Assembly: GCF_000143415.4 (NCBI RefSeq)
Contig: NW_003314298.1
Coordinates: forward strand, 186,001 to 250,000
DNA length: 64,000 bases
Reading direction: 5' to 3'
Source: Selaginella moellendorffii
Taxonomy: Eukaryota > Plantae > Lycopodiophyta
Position 1 is the stretch's first letter; every line of letters starts with the position of its first letter. Shown here piece after piece: positions 23,461 through 37,162 of the stretch. Both the position numbers and the translations under genes were made by a program. Under the pieces are notes generated by a model. That model made no database searches. It saw only the letters and a program-made list of their open reading frames with translations, and was not told the origin of the DNA.

Positions 23461-25072
23461 ATGCTTGTTACCATCTTTTTTTAGATCTGCAGCAGGGGAG
23501 CCTTTTATGGTTTATGTGCTTTTTGCGACCTTATTGCTGTGAGGATATGGCAGGTCTCTACAGACATCAGGCTTCATGTGTATACTCTGCTCACTCACAC
23601 CAACGGCTTTCGGGAGGTTCTTCATACTTTTGCTTCAATTCAGCGACCGCATGTTGCGAGTGGCTGGATTTTCTTCGCGAGTGTGCATCGACGTGATTCT
23701 TCTTCATCACGCTGGGTGCCTTTATTTGGTCAATTTCGACACCTGGTGCAGAAGTTATGTCACGGACCCTGCCGAGCTGCGTACTGTGCCCGGTTTCCTG
23801 GATATCTTCTGGGTCGAGCAACGTTTTCGAAAATTCTGACATGTTTTCGTTTCTGCAGATCTGTGTCTTGCATATGTGACCATTGTTGTACGCTTCTGCG
23901 GTTGGATGCAGCTGCTGCTATCAAGTTTGTTTGGGTGGCACCTGCAGCGAGAACATGTCTTCACGGGCTCAGCGTTATCTTCTGATTGGCCCAGCGAATT
24001 GGGCTGTTTCTGCTTTCAACCTGTAGCAGACAGCCTGGGCTTTGACGTGATACTGTGACATTTCGGATTTCAAGCTCGTGTTTCTTTTGGTGAACAGGTA
24101 CTTAACATGCAACATGGTTTTCACTTCGTTATTGCAATCTGCTTGTTGCTATCATTGGAGGTGGAAAACAGGTGAACTTCAGCAATCTGTTGGTAGCGGC
24201 TTGAGGTTACTTCTTCATGTCTTCTTCGATTTTGACGTGCGTATATGGTACGGTGGTCAGTCAGAGGCGGTATGTGGATTTGCATGAAGAACTGGAAGAA
24301 CCTGTTTGTAGTGCAACGATTTGGAGTGCAACGATTTGGAGGCTGCTTCATCAACAGATCGGTTTAACAAGGGCGGATGGGCAGGGAACATGTTTGGGTA
24401 CCCCAAGAATAAATTAAGAATTCCTCTGTTTTTTTTTTTGCAATATATATCCCCATTTTCTCGATATTGTTGTTCAAAGGATGCAAAGCACAACTTCCAG
24501 CCAAATGATACTTGTGAGGGCTTCCAGCAGGTACATAGTCAAGTGGCTTTATTTTCACTTACAAATCATGGGGATGGTTTTTGATAATGAGAGCTTAGAT
24601 CAGGGTTTGGAACAAACTTTGGTTGGAAATTCCATCAAAGTTTATTAATAGCTCTTGCGAATGCTATCAACTAGCCTCATTTTTAATGCTAAACAAATAA
24701 TATGTTTTTGTCTCAAGATATTTGGATATGCTTTTTATATTTGAATCTTCTGCTTTCTTTAAATTTTCATATTATTTAGAGCTAAAGATAATATATTTCT
24801 TGGGTTTTGGTGTTCACTTTATAAATATGTATAGACTGTCTATAGTATATAACAGAGATGAAAATAAAGTATATATAGAGTTTATACAGAAACTATGTAT
24901 TTGTTATTGTTACAAATTAGTCTTCTTTACTGGAAATTTTTATTTAAGTTTCAAAATATCATTAACTTAAGGATTTTTGGAATTATAGTAGATATGTTTA
25001 TCTTGGTTCTAATAATAGCTAGAATTTATAATTTTTAAAATTTTGATTTTAGTTTGATATTAATTTTAGAAC
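23461..25072 (+). repeat. Unit U, copy 2, abutting the 5' end of CR gene copy 1
   Basis: Longest copy of U; has intron-acceptor-like stretches (TTTCTGCAG at about 23850, GGTGAACAG at about 24089). Confidence 0.85.
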
Positions 25073-26950
25073 TGTGAGGTCCAAGTGTATGGCTACAATG
25101 CCATATACTAATATTAGTAATGGAATTTTGGTAGCTGTCATATTAGTTTCAATCCGGACCACTTGCTCTTATATATAAGTTATGGTTTTTGGGCTAATTG
25201 ATATGCACATTTTCTATATTCCCTTTCTATATTCCTTGCATTCACATTGGTGGAGATGAGAGGCAACTTAGATTGTCCTTGGGGAGTGTTTAAATTTGGG
25301 ATTTTGGTTTATATCTAACTTTTGCATTGTCTAGATCTCTCTTTCTTTCTAGCTTTATTCCATTTTTCTTTTTTTGCTCTTTTTTTTCATTTATTTTCAT
25401 GGTAGATTAGCAGTCTCCTCCTCCTTTGACTCTAGAGTAGTAAGTTAGTGCAATTACTTGATGCTATACATATGCAATTAAACAACCAAATGTAACTGAT
25501 GGCAGCATTTATGGCACATGGTATAACTCTTCTTGCTCTTGGTGCCAATCCTTGTGTTTGGCTGGAGTTCTTTCGTGGGAATCCTTTGGATGATATGTAT
25601 CATTAGTTTGATCATTTCATAGTGATTGCCACATATCATTCTTGGGATGATGCTTGAAGTTTCTCACGTGTCTCAAAGGAACGGCGTTGCAGTGGTATAA
25701 TGGTTTAAGCACAATCACTTATGGGGATTGGAATGTTCTCCCGGATGTTTTCAAATGCGCATTTGAACATGCCAACAATTGTGATGATGCCTTCCAACAA
25801 TTGTATCGCTTTGTCAAGGGCCATCTAAGTCGGTGATGCAATTTGGCGTTCGTTTCTGAAGCCTCTTACTTCGTGTAGAGCCAAATATGTTGGAGCGGAT
25901 CAAGCTAGGAATGTTGTGGCCAACACTTCATCAAGATCTTGTCAGACTTATATATGCACTTGCTCTAACCACCCTTGACGATGCTCTTTTCTTGGCACAA
26001 TGTTATGAGATATTGCCTTTTCCACTTCTCGCTACACATCCTTCCGCTCCACTTCCTATGGGCGATGGTCATGTTCCAATGGAAGTTGATGCTGCTGTTG
26101 CTCAAGTCCAAGGACAAGGGTGAGGACGTGGTTATAGCCGTGTTATTTGTTATTGGGCATATGATGAAGTTGGTCACACTTATTGGTGTTGTTGGTGTTT
26201 TCCAAATTAACAACCTCCATTCCCTGGGTGGAGATTTTGGCATCAATAATGTCTTGTTTGTGCTATTGCAGTGGAAGGTCTGGACAATGTTGGTTCACCA
26301 AGTTAGATCTTGCTTTTGGGTACTGGCAAGTACTGATGGCCGAAGAAGATATTCCTAAGATTGCTTTTCGTACACCATTTGGTTTGTACGAGTTCTTGGT
26401 GATGCCATTTAATTTGAACAATTCTTTAGCAATTTTCTAACGGATGATGGATGAGGTTTTTTGTAATATGCCAGAGGTGACTGCTGACTTTATTGATAAT
26501 GTATTGATCCACTCAGAGGGGATGTGGGAAGAGCACATTTGTGATGTTTTGAAAGTGTTAGATTGGTTATGGGACATTGGTTTAAAGCTGAAGTGGTCAA
26601 AGTGCGTATTTAGGTCCAAGGACACAACTTATCTTGGGTACCGTATTTCTCGTGAGGGTTTGCAAATTGATCATGACAAACTTGTGGCTGTTCTAAAGTT
26701 CCCTACTCCGAAGTGTGTGAATGATGTGTAACGCTTCCTAGGCAAGGTGCAGTATCTCGGTCATTTTGTGGATTATCTTTCTGATTGCATTGCACCGTTG
26801 CGAGCGTTGCTAAAGTCATCAACATCATCTTTCATTTGGTCTTTGGATTGTAAGTGGGTGTTCATGGATTTCAAAGAAGTATTGATGACTCCACCAATTT
26901 TGGCATATCTTGACTACACTCGACTTTTTATTTTGCACGTGGATGCTTTT
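25073..26950 (+). mobile_element. Gypsy family A, truncated copy 3 (5' LTR 25073-25246, PBS 25248-25258, gag fused by deletion to RT at about 26285)
   Basis: 174-bp LTR TGTGAG..TTCACA followed by TGGTGGAGATG; [16 protein letters not shown] motif; ends in RNase H. Confidence 0.93.
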
Positions 26951-26969
26951 GAGTTGTGTCCTTGGACTA

Positions 26970-29900
26970 CAAAAATATATACTTAGCTAATTAATTAGGC
27001 TTAATTAAAGAATATTCAAGCTTGATTCCCATTATACACCAAATAATTAATATAAAATAAAAGTTGTTTACAAACAAAACCCACTTATGTGCAAAAAAGT
27101 AGATATACCAAAGATATATTTATTAAAATGCAAGTCCATTACTATATTTTCACCTCTTATATCAAAATTTCTAGCTAATAGAACCTTGTTTCTTAATAGT
27201 ACATATCATCACGTAAGTGGTAGAACTTATTGATATATGGAAACATCTTTGGATACATCTGATGGAGTAACATCTTCGACTTGATTTCATATGATGTTTT
27301 TTCTATTATAGCATCCACAAAAGTGACTTTCTGTGCATCAGTATACATACCAATAAAGTTCAAATTGAAAGCCATAGTCAAAATGCATGATGAAGATATA
27401 ACAATCCTTGCCAAAAATTCAATCAATTTCATATCTTGTGATCAAAGAGGTTTTTGATAAGTAATAAAATTGCCAACCTTTGCCTCCAACTTCTTCTCAA
27501 AAAACTCATATATGTAAAATCGTTGGAGCATTGGATAATCCTCAATATGATCACTCACATAAGAACTATATCGGAGAAGACATCTGTTACACTTAATAAG
27601 TTTCTTGAGTGTGTCTACTAGAGTACATAATTCACCAATATCTAGTTTGTTGGGGTCAAATGAACAAGGATGCAAACATCCAAACTGTCTTAAACAGTAA
27701 CATTTATCTAGTGTGTCAAGAATGAAAACTTCAAACTCACTGATGTCTGAATGAGTTTCCTTGAGGTGAAGCAGGTAGAGTGCTCAATGTCGAGTACAGT
27801 CCATCAAGAAGTGTTAGTGAAGCTGGTTGCTACAAGATCTCCATTTCTTCCATCTTGAGCTTGAAATTTTTAAAAGATTTCTCTAGTATAATTTGACCAA
27901 GCTAAATGAACTTACCATTTATACATATATCGAAATATGTTTGTTAGCACACCAAGCCTCCCCAAAGCATATTCAAGGTTAAAATCTCAAGAGCTTGTCC
28001 AAAGAGCCAATGTCATATTGTACTGATCTGACAAATTGTGCATACGCAATAAAAACTATGTTGCACTTGGCTGGAGTAATAACTTTTCTTTGTCCTTGTC
28101 CTTGAAGCTAATATAACACTTAACTGTGAGGAGGCTATATATTTTAAATAGAGAAAGATATTTTTGTAGCCTATGACCTCACACTAAGGGCAAAGACAAA
28201 AATGTTTACCTCGAATCCAGTTGATTCACTTCGTCTGTGCTTTTTCTTGGCAAGTTTCCTGAGTCTCTCCTAGTGGTGGTGACTATGTACAAGCTTGTCA
28301 TTGAGGCTACTCTTGTGTTGGTTCTTTGCCTTTGTGTTCGCAAGATCGGATATCTCGATGATGGTATCATTTGGTGTTGTTCCCTTCATTGAGAATTTTG
28401 CCTGCATCAGATTACTAACTGTCCACAAAACAATGCCCTTGACAAGGTTAGACTGTCCTTGAGGATTCCATAAGTAGTGAAGGTTGTATGGATTCTTTTC
28501 TCTACAGGTTGCATTGTAGTTGACAGAATAAACTCTAAGTCTTGAATGATATTCCTGATGAATGTCGGTTGAAGCTCTACATAAATGGCCTTCCTTCCCT
28601 GTTTATGTCTTTGTCAAGAATCTCCTCTTATTTGATGACAATCCCATAGACTATTGGACTTTTTGGATTGGTAAGATCCACTAACACTAGATCTTTATCT
28701 TGTATCTCCAATGTCCACTTCTATGGTAGTGTGGAGTTGCAGCCTCTTTTCACTCTGACAGACTCATGTAGAAGTGTTTTAGATTGCTGGGCCTAGAAAC
28801 ACGAAAGAACTAATTAGAATTACTTAAAATATTTTTGAAATGGGAGAGAATGGTTCCTAATGTGAGGCCTCACGCTAAGTGAAAGGGGTAGTAATTCTAT
28901 AGGAGGTTAATAGCATGAGAGGTAATTCTACAAGAGAGGCCTCACACCAAGAAAAAATGCCCACCCACCTCCTCTAGCCTAGTTTCTCGATAGCAATCTC
29001 CTTTGCATGCATGTTTATTGCAAAAGTGAATAAGATTGTCACCAAAAAACTGGGAAAAATATCACAAGCAATCCTAACTATGAGGCCTCGTGCTAGTAAC
29101 CTCCATCAACACATTGCGACTGGACTCATGCTTAAGGATTAGTGTGAGGCCTCATGCTAAAGTGCTAAATGGGTTTTGGTTTATCTAGTTTCTTGACAGT
29201 AATCTAGCTCAAACATCTGTCCATAGGAAAAATGGGCAAGTAAGATTATTATCAAGGAATTGGCAAACACAGCTCATCCATTCTTAAGTGTGAGGCTTTA
29301 TGCTAATAACCACGCTAAGGTTTTTGTGTGTGGTTGGACACCATCCATTTGCAGATTGGATTAAGGTATTATGGAGGGATGAAGTCATTTTCTTGGCATA
29401 AGGTCTCATGCTATTCATTTATATGCATTTGTTTCTTACTACTTTAGGTGTCTAGGTGAGTAATCTTACTCACCAATTCATCTTTGGGGTAAATGTTTGA
29501 ACAAGATTGCTCCCCAAACACTTGCAAGACTGAGGAAACAGTGGAAGGTTGTATGTTTAGATGTTTGCTTAGCATGAGACCTTATGCTAAGTTTTTTACA
29601 TGAGGTCAGACACCATACTTTTATGGGTGGGCTTTAGGTGTGCTGATGCGATGAAGGCTTTTCTTGGCATGAGGCCTCATGCTAAAGGCTTCACTGAAAG
29701 ATTTAGTGCAAGGCCTTAAGTTAAAACATTGGTGTGAGGCCTCATGCGAAGGAAATTTTTTGTTTTGTGCTTTTGCTCTTAGTTTCAAGAAAGGTAACTG
29801 GCGGCCTCATGCTAGATTTTTTCTGGTTATTGTTTCAATAAAGGTGACTAGCTTTAGCACAAGGCCTCACACTTAGACTTTTTCATGGCAATAGGGAAGG

Positions 29901-32125
29901 TGATTGGCTTTAGCACGAAGCCTCACTCTTAGACTTTTCCATGGCTATTGGTTTTAGGAGAAGTGACTCACATGCTTACATGTCCAAGATAATGGCCTTA
30001 GCATGAAGTTGCATGTTAAATTTTGGCTTAGCGCAGGGCCTCAAGCTATTTAATTAATGTGAGGCCTCATGCTAAGCCTTTCAGTCTGGGTTGGAAAAGT
30101 CCCATGCAAGGCTTGGCTTTGCATATGAAATGGAAGTTGTGGTGAGGGTTAGGGTTTCTGAGAGAGGGAGAGGGAGAGGAGAGGGAGAGGAGGAGAGGGA
30201 GAGAGAGAGGAGGAGAGGGGGAGAGGAGAAAAAACTTAATTTTTTGCTTGTGTTGCCTCGTTTGCTCCCATTGTTGAAACCCTCAAAAATGATAGACATA
30301 TGTAGAAATATTCTGCATATGTGAAAAACACTTGAAAATTCTTAATGCGACATCACACGCTAAAGCGTTGAACATGCTAGATGAAAATATTTTTAGTTTT
30401 ATAATATAATATGCTTTTTAGATGTAAAATTTTTACAATGTTGCACAATATTTTTTAGTTGGTATAAATTTTTTATTCTTTATTTTATCTCAGAATTTTC
30501 TTTTTTTGTTTCTTCTTATATCTTTATAAATAGCGAGTTTACACTTTTTTCTCTTGTTTATCCATTTTATCTCTTTTTTTTAATTTGTCAGAAAAATATA
30601 TTTTTTGAATTTTGCTCCTTGTACCACATTATTTGTGTTGTCTGATTTGTCATAAAAGTATAATTTTTGGAGTTCCCTCTTTGTACTAGATTATTTCACT
30701 TATCAATATCGTACAACTTTTGAATTTCCCTCCTTGTACCACATTATTTGTATGTTCTCACTTGTCACTATAGAATAACTTTTGAATTTTCCTCTTTGGG
30801 CCATATTAATTATTTTATTTTAATTGTCAAAATTGTATAACTTTTGAATTTCCCTCACTTTGGGCCCATTTGGGTTTCTCCATTGTCTAAGGCAAGAGTT
30901 TAACAGTGTAAATTTCATGAGTTTGCACATTCATTTTTGCTATTAGAACTAAATGGACATTGGGCTTTAATTTAGTTTTTTTGAAAGCTTTTTTAGTTTG
31001 ACTTGTCAATATTATTTTGCAATGTTTACTTGAAATTTTTTCTTTAGTATGTGGCCTCACGCCAAACTCTTTTTGGAGTTATTTGATAAAACAATTTTTT
31101 CTTAGCATGTGGCCTCACCCCAAGCTCATTGCTTTTACAATTGTTATTATAAAATGTTTTTTGCATAGCAAATGACCTTGTGCTAAATTTTTTTTAGAGT
31201 TAATCTATGGAAATATTTTTTGCTTAGTGTGTGGCAGCCTTGCACTATCTAGAGTAAATATGAGGAAATGTTTTTTATTTAATATATAGCCTTGTGCTAA
31301 GCTTTTTCTAGAGTCAATTTGTGGAATCATTTTTTGCTTAGAATGAGGCTTCGTACTAAGCTTTTTCTAGGGTTAATCTATAAAAATGTTTTTAGCTTAG
31401 CATATGCTCTCGCACTAAGCTTTTTCTGAAGTCATACTATGAAAATGTTTTTTGCTAAGCGTGTAGAATTGTATTAAAAAATTTCTAGAGTTATTTTATG
31501 AAAATAGTTTTTCCTAAGCATGTGGCCTTGTGCCAAGCTCATTTTTGAGTTATTTTTCAGTTTATTTTGTAGTCATTAATTTTAAATTGCACAATCTCTA
31601 TTTAAAATCTCTTTTGTCCTTGTGATTAAACTTGCTTTTGTGGCCTCATATTAAGGTCAAATTATAATATGCATTTTACAAAATTTATTTTATATTTTTA
31701 TTTTTTGTATATGATTTTTTTGTTCCTTAGTATTTTTATGTTATGCCATATTATTTGAACTAATTCTATATATGATTTAAATTTGATCTTGATTTTTATT
31801 TTTTATTTCAATTTCATGAAGGTAGTATGGTCTATATACAAAATACCACACAATCTCTCATAGGTATCAGAAGGATTGAATCTCTTGATGAGAAACACAT
31901 TTGCCATTGTGTTCCTTTAGGACATAGAAATCTTTTGGTTTGTATAATTCAAGTTTTTAATATCACTTCAAGAAAGGGTGAGTTATTTATTGGAGTACTT
32001 TTTGTTTAAACGCAATCTCAATTTAGGAAGAAGGTTGTTCTTCTAAGATCTTGATTCTGTTTTCATTATTACTATTCATCCAATATCAAGATCTTATTTA
32101 TCAAGACCAACATCAGCTTTCTTAC
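26970..32125 (-). repeat. Right arm (segment D) of inverted duplication; includes about 29650-30800, absent from the left arm
   Basis: Reverse complement of 14607-19690, with arm-specific deletions. Confidence 0.9.
28850..31545. repeat. Palindrome arrays (28850-30080, 31030-31545), GA-rich tract (30160-30230) and five units of about 60 bp, TTTTGAATTTCCCTC.. (30600-30870)
   Basis: For example GCATGAGGCCTCATGC at 29667-29682. Confidence 0.85.
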
Positions 32126-32281
32126 TGTTAGGATGCAAAGGGCTCTAGGAATATTCTTATTCCTGGAATATTCCCTTTTGTATAAAAACCCACAAGAGTA
32201 AACGTGGGCTAGGGTTTTAGCAGGGTTTTAGAAAGCATGGTTGAGAGCTACATTGGAAGATAGCCCTCATCTACCAACAAA

Positions 32282-32296
32282 TGGTGAACCCAATGT
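32282..32296 (+). promoter_or_regulatory. Primer binding site, tRNA-Trp type (TGGTGAACCC)
   Basis: Lies 2 nt after the 5' LTR and is complementary to the plant tRNA-Trp 3' end as I recall it (..GGGTTCACCA). Confidence 0.75.
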
Positions 32297-35200
32297 TATG
32301 GACTAGTCTAGCTTTCTTGAGAAGTTTAGAAAGATTTATAGAGTGTTAAAGTGAGATTTTGAGCTCCAGTGGCTCTAGTACTCTTAGGAACTCACATGAA
32401 TTTGAAAAGCAGACTCACAGATCTCACATTTTCTTTTATATTTTTCTTTCTTTTCTTCATCCTACTTTATGATTTTGGTTTGGGTTGGAGCACCTTCTCT
32501 TCTTCTTTTCAATAAGCTGAAAAACATTGGGTTTGGTGGAGAATTGAGTGACATGCAAGGATTTCAATGAGTGCTTTCTTGATAAGTAGCATGGCAGGAG
32601 TCAAGAGATTTTTCACTTTTTCTTTGTTTATTTCTCCTTATTTCTTCACAATTGTGTTCTTGGGCTCTAAGAGCATGATTTCTTGAGCATTCTTTATGAT
32701 TTCTTTTGCAAGTTGTTTTTCTTGGCCTCCCAACTTTCATAAGAGTACTCTCTTGCATAGGAATTCACCAAGAATTATGCATGCCACTATCTCTTTCCTT
32801 GTGCAGTACACAACTCCAACTCTGAGGATCTTGTTCTTTTGGGATTTATCACCATTTAATGAAGATTTCAGGACTTTGGAGCAATTGTTTACCAGTGATC
32901 ATTTATTTTGAGTACAAGTAGAGATTCATGGTGGTCTTATATCATTCTGAGCAGCTGGAGTGGATTTTTTTCACCATGGCTATATAACTAGTTCCTAGAA
33001 CTTTCAAACATGCCTCTCCTCAATAGTTTTGGTGACTTAGAGTGCAAGATATCCATGTTTTACTTCCACAAGCTTGTATAGTGAGTGGTAGTTCATAGTT
33101 TTCATAAACTTCTATCTAACTTTTACAGCCATTTATTTTGGCTATGAGATCTTTGGACCTGGGAGCAGTCTTTGAAGAGGAGGATTGTGAGTTTTCAACA
33201 AATAGTGAGTTTGGGCATTCGCTACCTATGGTAGTTCCCCCTCAAATCGATAGGGGGACTGAACTTGCCTTGCAATGGAGACATCTTGGCCAAGACTTAT
33301 ATTCTTCACTTTGAACAGTATTGCATGTTGAATGGCATTCATGATGATGATCACAAGCTTCGTGACTTCTCTCGATCACTTACTGGCCAAGAAGTAGCAT
33401 GGGCTGAGACTCTCTTGGAGGCAAATATGGTAGACTATACCACATTCAAGGACTCCTTCAGGATCTCACTTGATCAACAACAGCTGGTGAATCGTTTGTT
33501 GATGGACTTGTTTGCATTCTAGCAAGGAGCTTGCAAATCAGTGCTGGAGTACGTGATGTGCTTTCATGCATACTGGAAGGAGTGTGTGGAAAGGTGGGTG
33601 ATCACTAATGAGCCCCATGGAATCATGGCATTCATCTCTAGACTCAAAGGAAACCTCCAATGCAAAATGCTCAAGCGGCAATTTCATACGTGTCAAGAGG
33701 CTTTTACTGCTGCAGAGACTTTGGAGTGTGATCTTCTCCAAGAACTTGGCATTTCTAGGGTTGAAGAGGTTTTTCTCCCTCCTTTAGTGGAGACCTCATG
33801 TGCAGCCATCTCTTGCCCAACTCCCCTGCTTGTTACTGCTGTTGCAGGTGACAAGGTCCCTGCAGTGATTGAGAAGGCATTGGCGGAACTCTCGGGGTAC
33901 AAAGATATCATCCAACAGCAGCAGAAAATGCAAGAGAAGATGCTTGAAGAACTCCATGCTTGTCACTTACAGCAAGTTGAAAGGCCACAACATGTTCCAC
34001 GCTCTTGATACTACTTGCATTGTGATGTCACGACACATAGTTGCAGATAATACTATTATCCAATGGAAGGATCGCTACCAACAACAACTTGAGTAACAAG
34101 CAATCAAGGACATACCATCTTCTTCTTTTAGCAAAGGGAAAGCTTCAATGGGACCAGGATTGTTGGGGAGGAGTTCTCACAGACAGCAGCCACGAGAGCA
34201 CAAAGAAGAAGGCAGCTGCTCAAGAGGAGATAGATGCTGATCCAGCTCCCTTGACGATCACTGACACAGTTCCCAAGGTGGCATGCAAGCTCCCCTTCAC
34301 ATCCCTTCTACCTGGGGCTCCTCCACCTTTCTCTAGTGTTTCCCACGTCCCTAAAAGTATGCTTCAACAATTGATAGAGATGTCTATCACCCTTTCACTG
34401 CGTGAACTTATGTGCACGGTTCAGGGATTTGGATAGCATTTGGAGGACTTTGCAAGTTCAATTGGAGTCATGGCATCTCTCCCACAAGATGTCCACATCA
34501 TCAACACTGCTCCTTCATCCAATCTAGGTGTGTTTTTTGCACTGGTAGACTTCGACAATGGTTCACCCATCATCAATGCAGTCAACTCTGGCTTGGGGTG
34601 TAATGTGATCTCCTTGGATGCAGTTACCAAGGCAGGTCTCCAGATCACTAGGAGCATGGCTTTAATTTTGAATGCATTTACAAACCACACTGTTGTTCCT
34701 ATTGGAATTTGTCGTGGCATTTGAGTCTACGTCAAAAGGGTAAAATCTCTTTTGGACTTTGTGGTTGTGGACTACCAGCAGCTCAACTCTACCTTTAAAG
34801 GACTCTTTGATCCTTGGGCAATTTTGGCATGATGAGGTTCAATGCATCATGAACTGGCCACTTAGCAAGATGGATATCAACAATGGTCACACCACTTCTC
34901 TTTACAATGCTCATGACCATCCCAAGGAACATCAGCTCTAGTAGGTTGACACTCCACATCAGTGCTAGATGATCTCCTCTCATCCTTCTACAACACAGTT
35001 TCCTCATGCACTGACTGTTGTCTTCCCAGAGTTGATTGACAATTCATCACAGCCCGAGTATGATATATTCCAGTGCAACACCATCACCAGAAAGGCTTGG
35101 CTGCTCTTTGCTGCGGGCACACAACCAAATGAGCTCGATTTCCAAATTGAGGAATTGTCAATATTTCAGGTGGAGGATTTTCCACCAACATCTCTTCTCT

Positions 35201-35842
35201 TTGATCATGCCCCTTATGTGGAAGACCTCCCACAATATAGCAGCAACAGAAACATACCCCACAGTGTCCACCACCTTTGATGGGAGAGTAGTGACTGCAA
35301 GCAAAGACAGCCCAGCCTCTTTATTTGAGGATCAGGAAACACTTGACCAGGTGATCAGTCTGGCCTCTTTATTTGAGGGCCAGGCCACTCCCACTTTCAC
35401 AGCTTTCTTCAATGGGGACATTTTGTCCAAGGAACCAGCTCGTAGGAATTGGTGTTTGGATCCATAACCCAACTGAAACAAAGGTCACTAAATTGGCTAA
35501 ATTGACTAAATATCACAAGCTCAAGCACATGGTTTTTAGAGGGAATTCATCAATCATATCGACTTCCAGAGTGTCCCACGAGAAGAGAACTTCTGGGCCG
35601 ACAAACTGTCTTATAAAGTAATCACAATGATGTGTGCTGACAAAGCAAAGGCATCTTTCATCTATCCTCTAGAGCATTTTGAGTGGGTTTCCAACTTGGT
35701 TTTTACATAAAAAGCTAATGGCAAACTTTGACTTTGCATGGATTTCAGGGATCTTAACAAGTTCACTACCAAAAATCATTTTTCAACACCATTCATACAT
35801 GCAATTATTGATGAAATGGCTGGACACTAATTCTACTTATTT

Positions 35843-36376
35843 ATGGACGGTTTCTCTGGCTACAACCAACTCTTCATACATACAAAGGACCGTGATCTTA
35901 CAGCCTTTTGCATACCATGGGGTGTCTTCACGTACAACATGCTGCCATTTGGACTTTGCAATGCCAAAGCTACTTTCCAACGATTTATGACTCATGCTTT
36001 CCATGATCTTCTTGGTGGTGCACTGCAAGTCTACATGGATGACTCATGCACAACATCCAACTCATTTCATGCTCACCTCACACACTTGGAACAGGTTTTT
36101 ACTCGCTGTTGGCTTCATAAGTTCTCCTTGAATCCTGCCACGTGTAAGTTTGGTGTAACTCAGGGCCGCCCTCTCAGCTTTGACGTCTATGCTCAAGGGA
36201 TCACTCCACACTTAGACAAGGCTCAAGAGATTTTTGCAGCACCCCCTTCCAGCAACATCAAGGACTTGTGGCATTTTCTTTGCCAAACAGGTTTCTTCCA
36301 CCGTTTCATCCATGAGTATGCTGCCTTGACGAGACCCCTCATCATCCTCCTCAAGCACGGTACCCAGTACATATAG
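35843..36376 (+). pseudogene. Reverse transcriptase fragment (family B)
   Basis: MDGFSGYNQL, LPFGLCNAKATFQR, YMDD. Confidence 0.93.
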
Positions 36377-37162
36377 GATGATGCTCAGCAACAAGCTTTT
36401 GTCCAGTTACAACACTCGCTCTGGTTTGCACCAATTCTTCGTCCACCACAGTTAGGGCAACCTTTCAACATCTATGTCACAGTCGGAGCTGACACTTCTG
36501 CAGTTTGTCTATGTCAATGTTCTGGACCTGACCAGCCAAGCCATGCAACTTACTTTTCCTCACACTCATTCAAGGACTTGAAGAAAAAGTTGGCGGACGT
36601 TGAGAAAGAAACAATGGCTGTGGTGTACACTTTGGAGCATTTTCAACACTTTCTCACTGGCATCTATGTCTACTTTCACGTTTGCTTCAATGTGCTAACT
36701 TTTCTCTTGTAACAACCTGTGTGCAGTCCATGTACTTTAGCATGGACTATGCTCATCCAGGAGTTCCAGCCAACCTTTGTGCTGCAGAGAACATGTCAAC
36801 ACGATCCCAGCTAGTACCTCATATCTACAGTGGATTCCATTGTTATCAGCAGCTCTTCAGAATGTGGCCGAGTACATCAGCTCTGGCAAGTTTCCAGCAA
36901 ACTTGACATCAGCAGCATGCAAAGCTTTGGAGTTTTGCGCATGGGACTATTGTTTTTTCAACAAACAATTCTACTGCCGGACATCCCAAGGAGTTCTTCT
37001 TCGATGTGTTGCAGAGCATGAGATCCCGGCACTCCTATGAGCCTTTCACTCCTGTACCAAACACTTCTCAGGGTGAATCACAGCACAGCTCCTCCTGTGA
37101 CATGGTTACTACTGGCTACAGCTTCATCAAGACACTCTCAAGTATGCACGTTCATATGACAA

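Noticed and set aside
29540-30080. CRISPR-like look: palindromic repeats with varying spacers
   Set aside because: Eukaryotic TE context, degenerate repeats, irregular spacer lengths, some spacers related to each other, and no cas genes.
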